Made by a program: the position numbers and the translations under genes. Of a DNA stretch of 64,000 bases, positions 1 to 13,462 are shown one piece after another. The notes beneath the pieces were generated by a model. It made no database searches and was not told the DNA's origin. It was given only the letters and a program-made list of their open reading frames with translations. The stretch comes from the human T2T-CHM13v2.0 reference genome, Homo sapiens, in NCBI RefSeq assembly GCF_009914755.1, contig NC_060936.1. The stretch is one strand, 5' to 3'. Position 1 is the stretch's first letter. Every line of letters starts with the position of its first letter.

Positions 1-159
1 CCGCCATCACACTAGGCTAATTTTTTTTTTTTTGTATTTTTAGTAGAGACGGGGTTTCGCCATGTTGGGCAGGTTGGTCTCAAACTTCTGACCTCGTGAT
101 CTGCCTGCCTCAGTCTCCCAAAGTGCTGGGATTACGGGCGTGAGCCACCGTGCCCGGCC
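1..159 (-). mobile_element. Alu (AluS/Y-type), left arm, cut by window edge
   Basis: Antisense Alu text 'tgtatttttagtagagacggggtttc...gtgagccaccgtgcccggcc'. Confidence 0.95.
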
Positions 160-169
160 ACCTAAAATT

Positions 170-650
170 TTTAATTCACTAATTCACTCATTCGACAAAT
201 ATTTCTTGAGCATGAAATATGTGTCCTCACCTTGGCTAGAAGGCCTATAGTGAGAAAGGCGTATATTCTAACTTCTGATGCTTCTGGTGCAGTGGAGAGG
301 TCGACAATAAACGGGAGAACAGGTGAAATGAATATGACAGCCCTTATAGGGCTATACTGAAAATAATCAGAGAACAGGAAAGACAAGCCTATTGTTCTCA
401 GGGTGCTCAGAGATGGGCCCACCTAGGAGGCAGTTAGTTCTTTAGTCTGAGACGTAAAGGATGAGAAAATTCAGCCAAGAATAGAGCAGTAAAAAAAGAT
501 ATTTCAGGACAAGGGAATAACAAAAGAGCCCAGAGACTAGAGATAACTGGAAAGTTCCAGTAGTCAGTGTGGCTTGTGTGTGCCGACGGGGAAAGGCACA
601 AAAGCGTGTGAAGTGGAGGCACAGCTTAGGCCATGCTAGACCTGCTGAGG
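170..650 (-). mobile_element. Probable L2 LINE fragment
   Basis: Begins 'ttcactcattcgacaaatatttcttgagc', typical of an antisense L2 3' end; strongly diverged, limits approximate. Confidence 0.5.
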
Positions 651-689
651 AGAAAATGCTACAATGTTTAGCATCATAGAAAAAGGTCC

Positions 690-845
690 TAACATGCTTT
701 CTCTAGAGTTAATGCATTTAATCTTCACAACAACCTCATGAAGGAGGCACTGCTATTGTGCCCCGTTGCAGACAAGGAAATGGAGGTTCTCAGAGAGTAA
801 GAAACATGCCTACACTAGCGACAACCCAGCACTACATGTGGTAGA
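690..845 (-). mobile_element. MIR fragment
   Basis: 'atttaatcttcacaacaacctcatgaagg...gacaaggaaatggagg' resembles the MIR core. Confidence 0.65.
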
Positions 846-849
846 ATCA

Positions 850-1335
850 AAAGCGTGTTCACACAAAACTTGTACACAAATGTTTACAGCAGCATTATTC
901 ACGATAGCCAGAAAGTGCAAACAACCCATATGGCCTGGATAATCATCCACACAATGAGATATTATTTAGCCATAGAAAGGAATAAAATTCTGATGCATGC
1001 TAGAATATGAATGAACTTTGAAAACATCACACTAAGTGAAAAAAGCCAGACACAGAATGATATCGTATGATTCCACTTATATGTAAACTTCAGAATAACC
1101 GCATCCATACGGACAGAAAAGAGATTAGTGCTTGCAGGGTCTTGGGGGACTGCAGAAATGGACAGTGACTGCTACTGGGTACAGGGTTTCTTTTGGGAGT
1201 TATGAAAATGATCTGGAATTAGTGGTGATGGTTTTACAACTCTGTGCATATAACAAAAACCATCGAATTGTATACTTCAAGGGGGAGAGCTTTATGACAC
1301 ATGAATTATATCTCAATAAAGTCATTACTCAAAAA
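850..1335 (+). mobile_element. Old L1M (L1MB-like) 3' end
   Basis: 'cacacaaaaacttgtacacaaatgtttacagcagcattattc...gaattatatctcaataaag' matches L1M ORF2 end and 3'UTR with a poly(A) signal. Confidence 0.85.
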
Positions 1336-2126
1336 TGAAAGAAACGTGTTCAAAGTCACAGAGGCAGTGACAGTTCTTGGATTTGGAGCTGGCAATCAGG
1401 CTGTGGTTTGTGCTCATTTTTACTGTGCTATGCACCGTCTGTTCCTTCTGATAACTGGAGAGAGGCATGATTTTTACCCAACGAAGAAAAATAATCCCCT
1501 GCTCTGCAGATTACAACTTCTGTGATGCATGGATGTTTTAAAAATTAATTTTAATCAGTGCAGTGGGTTGGAGATTCATGGAAGATAGTGTTTGTGCTGT
1601 CTTCATTGAACATTATCATTAATAAGCTGATTTTACATTTTTTTTACATGAACACAGGTGTGATAAATTCCTAGTTAGAAATTATATAAGGCTGGATTAA
1701 AGTGTCCACATATCAAAACTCTTATGTGTATGTTATCATATGCCTACATATAATGCATGCTTAGTGGCTGATGGTCTTGGAGACACATCCCATGTATTTG
1801 GCATAGAATGTTCAAATACATTTGGCAAAGAAGAGTGGCCCGTAGGTTGCACCTGTGTGAATAAGGGCCATTGAGTCAGAGGAACCTGAAACCGTTTCCC
1901 GGGTCTTTCACTGACAAGTCTTTGATGTTAGACAAATTAACTCTCCAGAGCCCCAGTTTCCTTATGGGTAAAACTGGTATATTAGTAGTATCTAGTTTAT
2001 TCAACTGCTCAAAATGTAACGGCTTAAAATGATCATTTATTGTCTCCCTTGGTTCTGCGGGCTGTCTGGGCTCAGCCACCCAGATTCTTCTTTAGTCTGA
2101 GTCTTACGTGATTGCAGATATTTCTT

Positions 2127-2225
2127 TTCTTTTTCTTTTTTCTTTTTTTTTTTTTTTTGAGACAGAGTCTCACTCTGTCACCCAAGCTGGAGTGCAGTGG
2201 CGTGATTGTGTCTCACTGCAAGCTC
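2127..2225 (-). mobile_element. Severely 5'-truncated Alu with 16-bp TSD
   Basis: T-rich tail plus ~67 nt of the Alu right-arm end, flanked by 'attgcagatatttctt' at 2111-2126 and 2227-2242. Confidence 0.9.
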
Positions 2226-3734
2226 AATTGCAGATATTTCTTAACTGATGGTGGCTAAGTCTGCCTTCATCTGAAGGCTGGGCTGGGTTGATGTCCACTG
2301 TGGCTCTTAGACATGGCAGTTGATGCTGACCCGTGCTCCTACAATGTTTTATTCCCTAGTTCTAGTTTATAAACGTTTGGGTTTGGGGCAAATTAACTTC
2401 TTGTAGCCTCAGTTTCTTCATTGGTAAATGAGTAGTAAAAGTTAATAAATAGAATAGTAAGAGCAGCCACCTTGCAGGGTTGTTGTAAATGTTAAACACA
2501 ATGATCCATGGGTTGTACATGCCCGAACATCCTAAGCCCTTAATAAAGTTAGCTGTTGTTACTTTTGTTATGATGACAACAAGATAATACATTCAAAATA
2601 CCTCTTGCTGTGCCTTACATGGAGAAGGTGTTTAACAGATTGTGGTTATGAGATAGAGCCTTTTGCATGTGTCATATGAGATTGTCATATGTGGCTTGGC
2701 AAAGACGGATCATAGGTACCAATGTCCTTGCTCCTTTGTTTTCATAAGGGAAAGTTAACAGAGAAGGTTTACTTAGCTGAGAAGTGACTATGTGCTGGAA
2801 TTTTACTGAAGATGAAGTAATTCTGTTATTGTACCAAAATTCATCGTTCAAGATGAAAGGCATGGCAGATTTAGCCTTATGTGCACAATCCCTGACCTTG
2901 AGGTATCTTTCCTAAAAGCTGCAGGTGCTTTTTCTTCTGGAAACATTTAAGTGTGTCCCCTTTATATCAATAACAGGTGCGTTAATGGAGGTGGTCAGGG
3001 CAGGCAGGGGACAGGCTGGGTGACATGTGTTCTGGCCTTCTCAAATAGCTGTCACTCTATAAAAACACAGTGTAATTTGTTAAATGTCAAGTAGATTAAT
3101 ATGTCAGACCTGGGAACATTTGCCTTGTAGCATTGTAGCATTTAGATAATTGAATACTGTAATAGCTCAGCACCTTGCTTCAAGTTAAAATATCGGGATT
3201 TATATGATTCTTAGCCACAAAACCATTTTTCAACAGCTTAAATAATCTTCCTAATAACTAGAAGATGTTGTCTTGGCCCTTTCTCTGGCCAAGAATTTTT
3301 GAAGCAGACCAGCTCCTGGTAACAGATGTATTTAGCCAGAATAATATGCACATTATCAGGCAAACATGAATAGCTATTTAATGGAGCTTGAAATGACTTC
3401 AATCTGTAAAGCTCAGTGCGGGTCAGAAGCTTTACCTGGCTGGCCCTATCAGTGCTGAATCCTGCAGCCTGATTTTGGAGAAGTCTCAGGGGCTGGGACC
3501 TGAGACTAGGGAAGATCTCTCCACCCCATGTAGCATGTTCTTTAATTTTTCCTTTGCAATGCGGATTGCTGATATAATTAAACAAATTTGTGCAATCAAT
3601 TTTTTTCAGAAATTGCTATCTAAATATAATATTAGTTTGAAAAGTGAATTTAGTGAAAGAAGCAGTCAGTTAGGGATGGTAGTGAACTGAAAGTCGTGTG
3701 GCCCAACTGAAAAGAATGGCTGGCGCTCACTTGC

Positions 3735-4510
3735 TCTTAGTTTAGTGTTGCTATAAAGGAATGCCTGAGGCTGGGTAGTTTATAAAGGATAAAAAGGTTT
3801 ATTTGGCCCACAATTCTGATGACTGGAAGGTTAAAGCTTGGGCATTTGCATCTGGAAAGGGCCTCAGGCTGCTTCTATTCATGGGGGAAGTTGAAGGGGA
3901 GCTGGTGTGTGCAGAGACCACATGACAAGAGAGAGAAACTGAGGAAGGCAGACTCTCCCGGAAAGTAAGAGAGTGAGAACTCACTCACCACCACCCAGGG
4001 AGGACATTCATCTATTCATGAGAGATATGCCCTGTATTCGTCCATTTTCACACTGTTGATGAAGACATTCCCAAGACTGGGTAATTTATAAAGAAAAAGA
4101 GGTTTAATGGACTCACAGTTCCACGTGGCTGGGGAGGCCTCACAATCATGGTGGAAGGCAAAAGTCACATCTTACATGGTGGCAGACGAGAGAGAATGCG
4201 AGCCAAGTGAATGGGGTTCCCCTTTGTAAAACCATCAGATCTCGTGAGACTTATTCACTACCACAAGAACAGTATGGGCGAAACCACGCCCATGATTCAG
4301 TTATCTCCCACCAGGCCCCTCCCACAACATGTGGGAATTATGGGAGCTAGTATTCAAGATCAGATTTGGGTGGGGACACAGCCAAACCACATCATGCTCC
4401 CAGGACCTAAACACCAACAGGCTCCATCTCCAACCCTGGGGATCAAATTTCAACATGAGGTTGTTGGGGCCGGGGGGGTGGGGGTGGGGGAACATCCAAA
4501 CCACAGCACT
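3735..4510 (-). mobile_element. MaLR LTR (MST-type) interrupted by a THE1 LTR
   Basis: 'gtgttgctataaaggaatgcctgaggctgggtagtttataaag' through 'aacatccaaaccacagca'; resumes after 4394. Confidence 0.8.
4033..4394 (-). mobile_element. THE1 solo LTR nested in the MST LTR
   Basis: 'tgtattcgtccattttcacactg...ggggacacagccaaaccacatca'; 5-bp TSD tgccc/tgctc (1 mismatch). Confidence 0.9.
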
Positions 4511-5887
4511 TGCAGTCAGCTGTTTTCATGCAGTAATATAGGCCCAGTGTGAATTAATCTTTGTTTCAAAGGGAAGAAGGAAACACTATTTTTACATGCA
4601 ATATTCTGATATTTAAATGTTGATGATGGATTCAATTTTAGGAGGTACTCACTGTTCTAGGGAAACATAGATTTGACTCTGTGCTGCCACTTTACAGAAG
4701 ACAAATATCTGACCTAATATTTGTCTCTAACGTTGATATTCGGTTAAAATGGAAGAGACCCTTCCCTTGTAGCCCACTGTGTCTCCAGACACTAGCCCAA
4801 TATACATGTATTAAACAAATGAATTTGACTAAACACCACCATGCAAATAGTTGGCATCCTTGGGTAAACAATGATATTTATTCTAGGGAAGAAATGTGAG
4901 AGATGTTATTTATTTCTAGTCATGAATTGCTTACATTTATTTCTAAGCTATTTCGGGTTTGTTTATGATTTCTTATTATGAAACAAAATGAGACACGTAC
5001 GTATAGTTTGCAGGTGCAGAATCATTACAGGAAGGATAACTCAGCTTTCAAAAACCACACAAGAGGAGAATGCACCATTACAGAGTTCATTGTCAATCTT
5101 TGCAACTTCAAGGTTAGAAAAAAAAGGATTGACTTATTTTCTTTTCCATTAACTAAGACATTCACTAAGTAGCTTTTTAGAAAACCTTTAACTTTTGCCC
5201 CCAGGATGAGTGCAGCATGAATTGAAATCTGCACAAAAATAATGTTGGACAAACCACAAGAATGTCATTAATATCATTAGTCTCTAACCCTCTGTAAATG
5301 TCAGTGCTTTATCTCCATTAGACTTCATTTATCCTTTGGAAAATGAGATCAAAGGAAGTGTGAGGAAACACACAAAAGTCCAGAAACAGGGGTGTGAGAA
5401 TTAATGCATTAATTATGAGTTCCTGAGAGGTTGTGCTGAAAGAAACACTGGGATTTGCTGTTCTCTCTCTCTCCTTGGCTACCCATCTTCTCTCTCTACT
5501 CCCTGCACAAACATGTCTGCACACCTATCAATGCAATGGTATTGCTGTTGCCTAGTGAGTTCCTATAAATGCATTTGTTTGTATCCTTGCGAATCTTGTT
5601 CCTGCAGAGACAGTGTGTGGCAGCCTGTTCATTCCAGCCCTTTCTATAACATCTGCTGACACAATAGCCTTTTTCTACATATAACTGGATATTGTGGCAT
5701 CTCCCCACTCTCTCATTCCTATCACCACACTGCTGTGGTTGAGCTCAGGCTTCTATTCCTGAACGTCGTCTCTGTGGATTTGATCCTATGTGGCTTGAAA
5801 CTTAAGTGGGTGGTGGCCAACCACAGAGATTAAGCCAGGGAACTGGCTTTTCTCTCCCTCCAACCTTCAGGAAAACCCAGGTCCTGA

Positions 5888-6819
<932 letters not shown>

Positions 6820-7136
6820 CTGATATCTGACTGTGCAATGCTGGCTCTGTAGCCTTGGGCTGGCTTCCCTGAGCTCCCGTGTCCTCACCAACAGGGATCA
6901 TCACATCCACCTTGTAACGTGGTTGGGGATGTAAAGACGACCTGGCAGGGTGCTTACATGTGCAATTGTTCAATAAACATTTGCCACTCGCCCATGTGTA
7001 AGGTAGGGGGAAAGGTGAGATACAGTTTTTTTCTAATTTTCTCATTTGAGAAACACCTTCATGATTTTTTGTCCTATATTTACCACCTCATCACACTGAC
7101 TTGCTTTTTGTTTGTTTCCTTAAAAAACATATTTTA

Positions 7137-7443
7137 GGCCCAGTGCGGTGGCTCATGCCTGTAATCCCAGCACTTTGGGAGGCCGAGGCGGGTGGATCAT
7201 GAGGTCAGGAGATCGAGACCATCCTGGCCAACGTGGTGACACCCTGTCTCTACTAAAAATACACAAATCAGCCAGGCGTGATGGCGTGTGCCTGTAGTCC
7301 TGCTACTTAGGAGGCTGAGGCAGGAGAATCACTTGAACCCGGGAGGCGGAGGTTACAGTGAGCCGAGATCGGCCACCGCACTCCAACCTGGGCGACACAG
7401 GGAGACCCCATCTCAAAAAAAAAAAAAAAAGAAGATAAAAAGT
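7137..7443 (+). mobile_element. Alu (AluSc-like)
   Basis: Full dimer with A tail; TSD aaaacatatttta/aaaacgtatttta. Confidence 0.95.
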
Positions 7444-7619
7444 AAAACGTATTTTAAAAGGAAGCTTGCTATCATTACTGAACATGGAAAATCACTCCGT
7501 TTCCAAATTTACAAAGTGTAGATGTGATTAAAAATAAAACAACGTGGTTAAATTTAAAATAGAAAAAATAATGCATACGTGTTTAGAGAAGTGCATACCT
7601 GAAAACAAGTTCTTCAAGG

Positions 7620-9240
7620 AAAATGGAACTATTGACAATCCCTGGGAGACACCAGGAGAGGCTCCTGGTGGGTCGGGGAGTTCCTGAACGCCCTGAGTGC
7701 GGGGTCTCCAGGTCTGAGACAGAACGGCCCTGCTCAGGTCAGAGGACAGCTGTGATGAGTGAGCGAGGTGGCCATCCTGCCTTGCCCTGGACCTTGTGTA
7801 ATATTTTGCTGCGTTTGGAGGATAAGGACAAGTGGTAGTCTGATGTGGATTAGGGCATGGGTTTCCTGTGGCTCCCAGAAAAAGGGACACACAGAATTGC
7901 AGTCCCTGCCCAGCTGCACCCAACATCCAGGTCATCTGTCACCAGGCCCAGGGGACAGAGCAGGTCTGTGCAGGTCTCACCACCCCTTCCTGTTGACTCT
8001 ACCTCCAAGAATCCTCTGGGAAGTGTGTTCTTTACCGTCCTCCAATCCTGGTCTCTCCCGGTGCCCTGGGGAGGAGGCTGTGAGAAGATCAAGGTAACTG
8101 GACAACTCTTTGCACACCCCCAGGGGCAGAGTGCCTGCCAGCAGGACTTCCCAAAGCAGTCGCCAGGCTCCAAGAAGCGGCGCTGATACTTTGGGGGCTT
8201 CCGCCTAGTGCAGGGCGGGGCCCGTGGGCAGGACCCTCCCCCCCAGGCTCCTCCCCGAAAGAGCGCGAAGCGGAGGGGAGGGGCTGCACGTTCCTGGTGT
8301 TTGCCTATTAGCGGGAACCATCAGCGGACAAGACACCCCCGTTTCCTGGACTCCTAGGGGCAGAGCCCTGTGAGAGGAGGAGGCACCACCTCTTCACCTA
8401 TTCGCTGGACTTTGCCTAGTTCGGGCCGGGCAGGTCCGGGCGTCTCGGCCCCACAGGCTTCTAGGGAGGAGGAGGGGCACACTTCTTTGTGACGTTTACC
8501 AGAAATGGGCGTGGCCAACGGAGAGACCTCTCCCACAGTAAGAAGGGGAGGGGCCCCACGCCAGTGTGGCCTTTTTCTTAAAACTGGCCAGGGGTCCTCA
8601 CTAGGCTCCCCGGGGGCAGGGCGCGGTAGGGGAAGGTACCCTCTCTGTGGGGCATTTGCTCTGCTGGGAGAGGCTAGTTGTCCTCCTGAGACCTCCAATT
8701 CACGGGCTGCAGGCGGCAGCTCCTGTAGGAGGGGCTTTGTGGGGAAACCCTCTCTTTGCAACTTTTGCTCAGGGCTGGGCAGGGCTGGCTGTCAGGCTCT
8801 GCCCAGGCGGGTCCCCATCACTTTGCTGGCTTTCTCTTGGTGCCCCTGGGGCCAGGGGCCAGGGTTGGACCCCACAATCTCCTGGGCTACAGGAAGTGCT
8901 GTTTAGGAAAGGGTGGAGCCTGCCCCCTTTCCTGGGGGGCTTAGTGTAGAGCTTGGTGGCTGGACAAGGTCCCACCCCTCAGCCCCCTTGGGATCAGTAT
9001 CTGGTGGGGTGGCGGGGGGCGGGGCACCACCTCCTTCTATTCTTTGCCTAATTCTGGGAAAGGCTGGTTGACTGGGCCCAGCCCCCCACGCCCCTTGGTG
9101 GAGGACTCAGGTGGGGAGGGGCATCGGCCCAGCTGCTCCTGTGAGGAAGCGGCGCTCCTTAACTGTTAGAGGAGTGGTTACAGTTAAAAGAGATCAATCT
9201 GCAGCGCCTCCCTCCTCCCAGTCGGCTGTCTACCTAGAAC
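7620..9240. promoter_or_regulatory. GC-rich block with a CpG cluster (~8150-8640); candidate enhancer or promoter
   Basis: Abrupt GC rise relative to the flanks, with >20 CpGs by eye in ~8160-8530. GC/KLF boxes (gggcgtggcc ~8507, ggggcggggc ~9016, ccccacgcccc ~9084) and an ETS-like gaggaag ~9144. Function is inferred. Confidence 0.45.
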
Positions 9241-9435
9241 AACATTTTCTTGGAGCTTTTTGTCTTTGTGCTCCTTGGTGGTCCTAGGTTGGAGGGCCAG
9301 GGTGTTTAGGATGCAAAAGTAAACAGCATCCTTCCTCTTCCCTGGAATTCTGAGGCCCCCAGCCGCTACACCTTCTAATCTCCACATTTCAGAGCCTTCT
9401 GTGGGTTGCTTTCTGTTTTATGTCCAGGAGTTTTT

Positions 9436-9439
<4 letters not shown>

Positions 9440-9466
<27 letters not shown>

Positions 9467-9741
9467 GAGACGGAGTCTCGCCCTGTCCCCCAGGCTGGAG
9501 TGCAGTGACGCGATCACTGCAAGCTCCGCCTCCCGGGTTCCCGCCATTCTCCTGCCTCAGCCTCCCCGGTAGCTGGGACCACAGGCGCCCGCCGCCACGC
9601 CCGGCTATTTTTTTGTATATTTTAGTAGAGACGGGGTTTCACCGTGTTAGCCAGGATGGTCTCTATCTCCTGACCTCGTGATCCGCCCACCTCGGCCCCC
9701 CAAAGTGCTGGGATGACAGGCGTGAGCCACCGCGACCGGCC
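9440..9741 (-). mobile_element. AluY with retained CpGs and a small internal deletion
   Basis: AluY diagnostics (gcaagctccgcctcccgggttc, accgtgttagccaggatgg); 'gcgatcactgc' lacks ~7 nt of the consensus. Confidence 0.95.
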
Positions 9742-10240
9742 GGAATTTTTTTCTTATTAGTGGGAGAAGAGGAGGAGAGTGAGCTTTTATTTTCTTCACC
9801 TTAACTGGAAGCCTGGTTGAGATGAGAAGCTTCTTACCTTAACAATACCCAGTTGACAGGAGAAAAGAAGGCAGCTCAACCTGGCTAAGCAACGCGCTCA
9901 AAGTCCCTGTGGTGATGATGGGCTGGGATTCCATGCCACCTCTATCCAGTGTGAAAACCCAGTCCTTTAAAATGCATTGTGCTTTTTTACTGCTTAATGT
10001 TTACGGGAGTGTGTTTTGCCTACATCTAGAATCAAATTAAAATCAAATTAGAAGGGATGCTTACAATTTTGGGAGGATTAATGTTTTGAAGATAACATAT
10101 CTGTCTTACCTCTAAGTTTTATGGGGAAAGGCAACATTCATCTCATAAGTTTGCAGGGTTTTTATTCAGAAAAACATCTTTGTATATCTTGATTGAAAAA
10201 GACATGAACTTTTGGGCACAGTCTAGGTTGAGTAAGTCAC

Positions 10241-10627
10241 TGTGATGAGCTGAACTGCACTCCCCTCCACCAATTTATGTATTGAAGCCCTAATTCCCCA
10301 GTACTTTAGAGTGTGAATATATTTGGAGACAAGGTCTTTAAAGAGATAATTAAGGTAAAATGAGGTTGTTAGGGTGGACCCTCATCCAATACGACTGGTA
10401 TCCTTGTTAAGAGGAGATGAGGACACAGACATGTACAGAGGAAAGACCATGTGAAAACGCAGGGAGAAGACACCATCTGCAAGCCAGGATGAGGGGTCTC
10501 AGAAGAAATCAACCCTGCCAACACCTGAGCTCACACTTCCAGCCTCCAGAACTGTGAGACAATAAATTTCTGTTGTTTTACTCAGTCTGTGGTCATTTTT
10601 AAATGGCAGCCCTAGCAAACTAATACA
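10241..10627 (+). mobile_element. MLT1 (A/B-like) solo LTR
   Basis: 'tgtgatgagctgaactg...gaatatatttggagacaaggtctttaaagag...gcagccctagcaaactaataca'. Confidence 0.9.
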
Positions 10628-11787
10628 GACATCTTTTTAAATAAGTAGGGAGAACACCCAAGGAATGGGACGGTGCTGTCAAGAGGACATGGAGAAGAAA
10701 ACTCTTGAACCAAGGAGGACTTAGAAACACGGAGGAGGACCTGGATGTGCCCCCATTTATGATGGCGCTAGAGCCAGTGGCTTCTCTCTTGCTCGCTCTA
10801 GCTGTCTTTTCTTAAGCTCTGGGAAAGTGGTATTTAGCTCTCAATTTCCAGGGCTCTCATTCTATATTTTGCCCCAGGGTTGTCACTAAATCCAGTTTGG
10901 TCAGCATTAGGTAAGTAGCTCTTTGGGTGACTGAGTGGGGTGGAGTGATGTCCAATAAACATCAAGGCATAATGGGCAGAGCCACAGGAACCAGGACATG
11001 GCATGGAGCGAGCCGTGGCTGGTCCAGAGCAGGTGCAGGTTTGTGGTGGGGAGGTGTGTATGTGCAGTGCTCAGCTTGCCACTACGAAAGCTCTTCACTT
11101 GAGCTACCATGTGCAGACATTGAAGAAAGGAGAGCTGAAAGACATAGGGAGCATCTGGCTTATACCTATGAACTTATAATTCCATACAATTTTTATTTTA
11201 CTTTTAAACCAACACCCCTCCCCTTTCTAAGAACCACTCTTGGTTATCAATGTGCTGGTTGTTAATATGAACCTTCTTCCAATAACTGCATGTAATTAAA
11301 AATAATGATCCATTTCTTCATGGATGCTCTGTGTTAAAATGTTAACAAATTTCCCGTCAAAATTTCTCCCCCTCCTACTTTTGCCTGAAAGAGAGAAATT
11401 TCACATATTTTGGAACCTACGAAGGCTTTCCTTTTTTGGTATCTGGAGTTTAGTCTTCCATTGGCAAAATCATCTTAGTTATTCTAGGACTATCGCATCT
11501 TCAATTTTAGCCATGGAGCTCAGCTTAGACGGTGCTTCCCAGATTGTGGTGGTCCTATCACTAGTGTCGTGTAAAGTCATTTTATATGGGAAAATAAAAA
11601 CTAAAATTTTGGTGATGACTCACTTATTTTAAATGTTTTAAAATTATTTTCAATACATCAAAATTATTATTTCATGAATTGCAGTTTAGCTAAGTTTAAG
11701 AATCAATGAATTGAATAAAAAATTAAATAAAAACAGTACAGGTGTAAAGAGCAAATACAATTTTAAAATAAGAGACTGACTTCTCCC

Positions 11788-12461
11788 TGTTGAAAATAAG
11801 AAAAATAAAGAAAGAGATACCTCCTTCCTTTTCTTAGAGCACTTTAGAGATTTCCTAATTGTAATTGTTTTTCTCTGTCTCTTTGAAATGTATGTAAATC
11901 TCTTTAAAAGCTAAAGAAATCTTTTCCAGCTTTATGACCAGGAATGTCTTTTCTTATGAACCTGGGACTCATCCTTTTGGAATATCGTTTACAAGGAAGA
12001 TGGCTGCCCTCTCTCCCAGCTTCTGTGAAAAGGTAGGAGTCTAACTTGCATAGTCTCCTTACTCTAAGTTGCAAAACTATCTCCTGTCATAAAGATAGAA
12101 AAAGTGTATTTTTTTCTGTATGAAGCCAATTAGGTAACACAGATGGTAACCTCAATTACTTGGTGAATTTAGAATGAACTATGTGTGACAAATGGTGCTG
12201 TTAGGTCCTTTACTTCAGAACTAGTTATTATTTATCTTGAGAACATGTGTAATGAGTTGTATTGCTTTGACTATATTAAAGGGTGAGATTTCTTTCTATC
12301 TTTGCAATCTCTTAGCAGATTGCCTGTGATGTGTATCACATTCTGGTTTAACACTTATTCAATAATAAAATGATAAAACTACATTTTCTTTTTCTACTAT
12401 CTTTATGGGGAGATTTTCTGCGTTGGCCAGATATTTTGTTTTGAAGTGTATTTTCCCAACA
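11788..12461 (+). mobile_element. ERV1-class solo LTR (MER34-like)
   Basis: Starts tgttgaaaat and ends ttcccaaca, with a TATA-like element ~12272 and aataaa ~12364. Confidence 0.65.
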
Positions 12462-12765
12462 CTGGTGATGCACACCTATCAAAAACTACATATGTAGGTG
12501 AGATGTAGATTATCAATGGCTGGGAAACACTGAGCTAGAGAAAGACATAATACTCCAGCGAGCTAGAGAAAGACATAAAACTCCAAATACCTAAGCATTT
12601 GGGTGTCTGTTGGTTTTACTGGGTTGCCTCTGGCCTATTGGTCTATTTGTCAAAAAGTGACTGTCAGCATTTCCTCAAATGTTCTTATACAATTATTTTT
12701 TTTTCCACAATAAGAGCTAAGGAAAGGGGAAAATATTGGCATTGGTCCATTGTCTCTCTCTCTCT

Positions 12766-13062
<297 letters not shown>

Positions 13063-13388
13063 GATTCATTGTTTCTTTTCATAGATTCTGAAATCCAAGG
13101 GCGGTTGGAGGTAAACGGGTATACATCCTTTCATCAGCCTTTTCTGGAAAATAGACAGTATTATAAAACCAGTGATGGAAGTGTTGTATCTTTGGCTTCC
13201 CAGAGATCTCAGAGAAGTGCGAACCACTTTTATGTGAGAAAGGTTGATGTGTACCTACCAAAGGGGCCGGGGAACATTGAAAAATATCTTACAAAAGGCT
13301 TTCCACTGCTGCCAGGCTGCATGATGCATTCACATCACAACCCCATGCCTCTGGGGGAGTTCTAGCAATGAACCTGTTGTTTGCCTTA

Positions 13389-13462
13389 TAGTGGTTGCTC
13401 TCCTCACAGTTAAGTCCTAGGTGAGGTAACTTCGGGTTTAACTGTGTGGAGAGCAACCACTA
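13389..13462. repeat. Inverted repeat with 25-bp arms (1 mismatch) and a 24-nt spacer; pre-miRNA-like hairpin
   Basis: tagtggttgctctcctcacagttaa (13389-13413) pairs with ttaactgtgtggagagcaaccacta (13438-13462). Confidence 0.85.

Noticed and set aside
4125-4137. PRDM9 hotspot 13-mer in THE1 (also ~62714)
   Set aside because: The minus strand reads CCTCCCCAGCCAC and CCTCCCCAGCCAT, lacking the T at position 7 of CCTCCCTNNCCAC.
7528-9387. Cluster of overlapping 100-135 aa ORFs; possible processed pseudogene
   Set aside because: Expected from stop-codon scarcity in GC-rich DNA; no recognisable domain, poly(A) tail or TSD.
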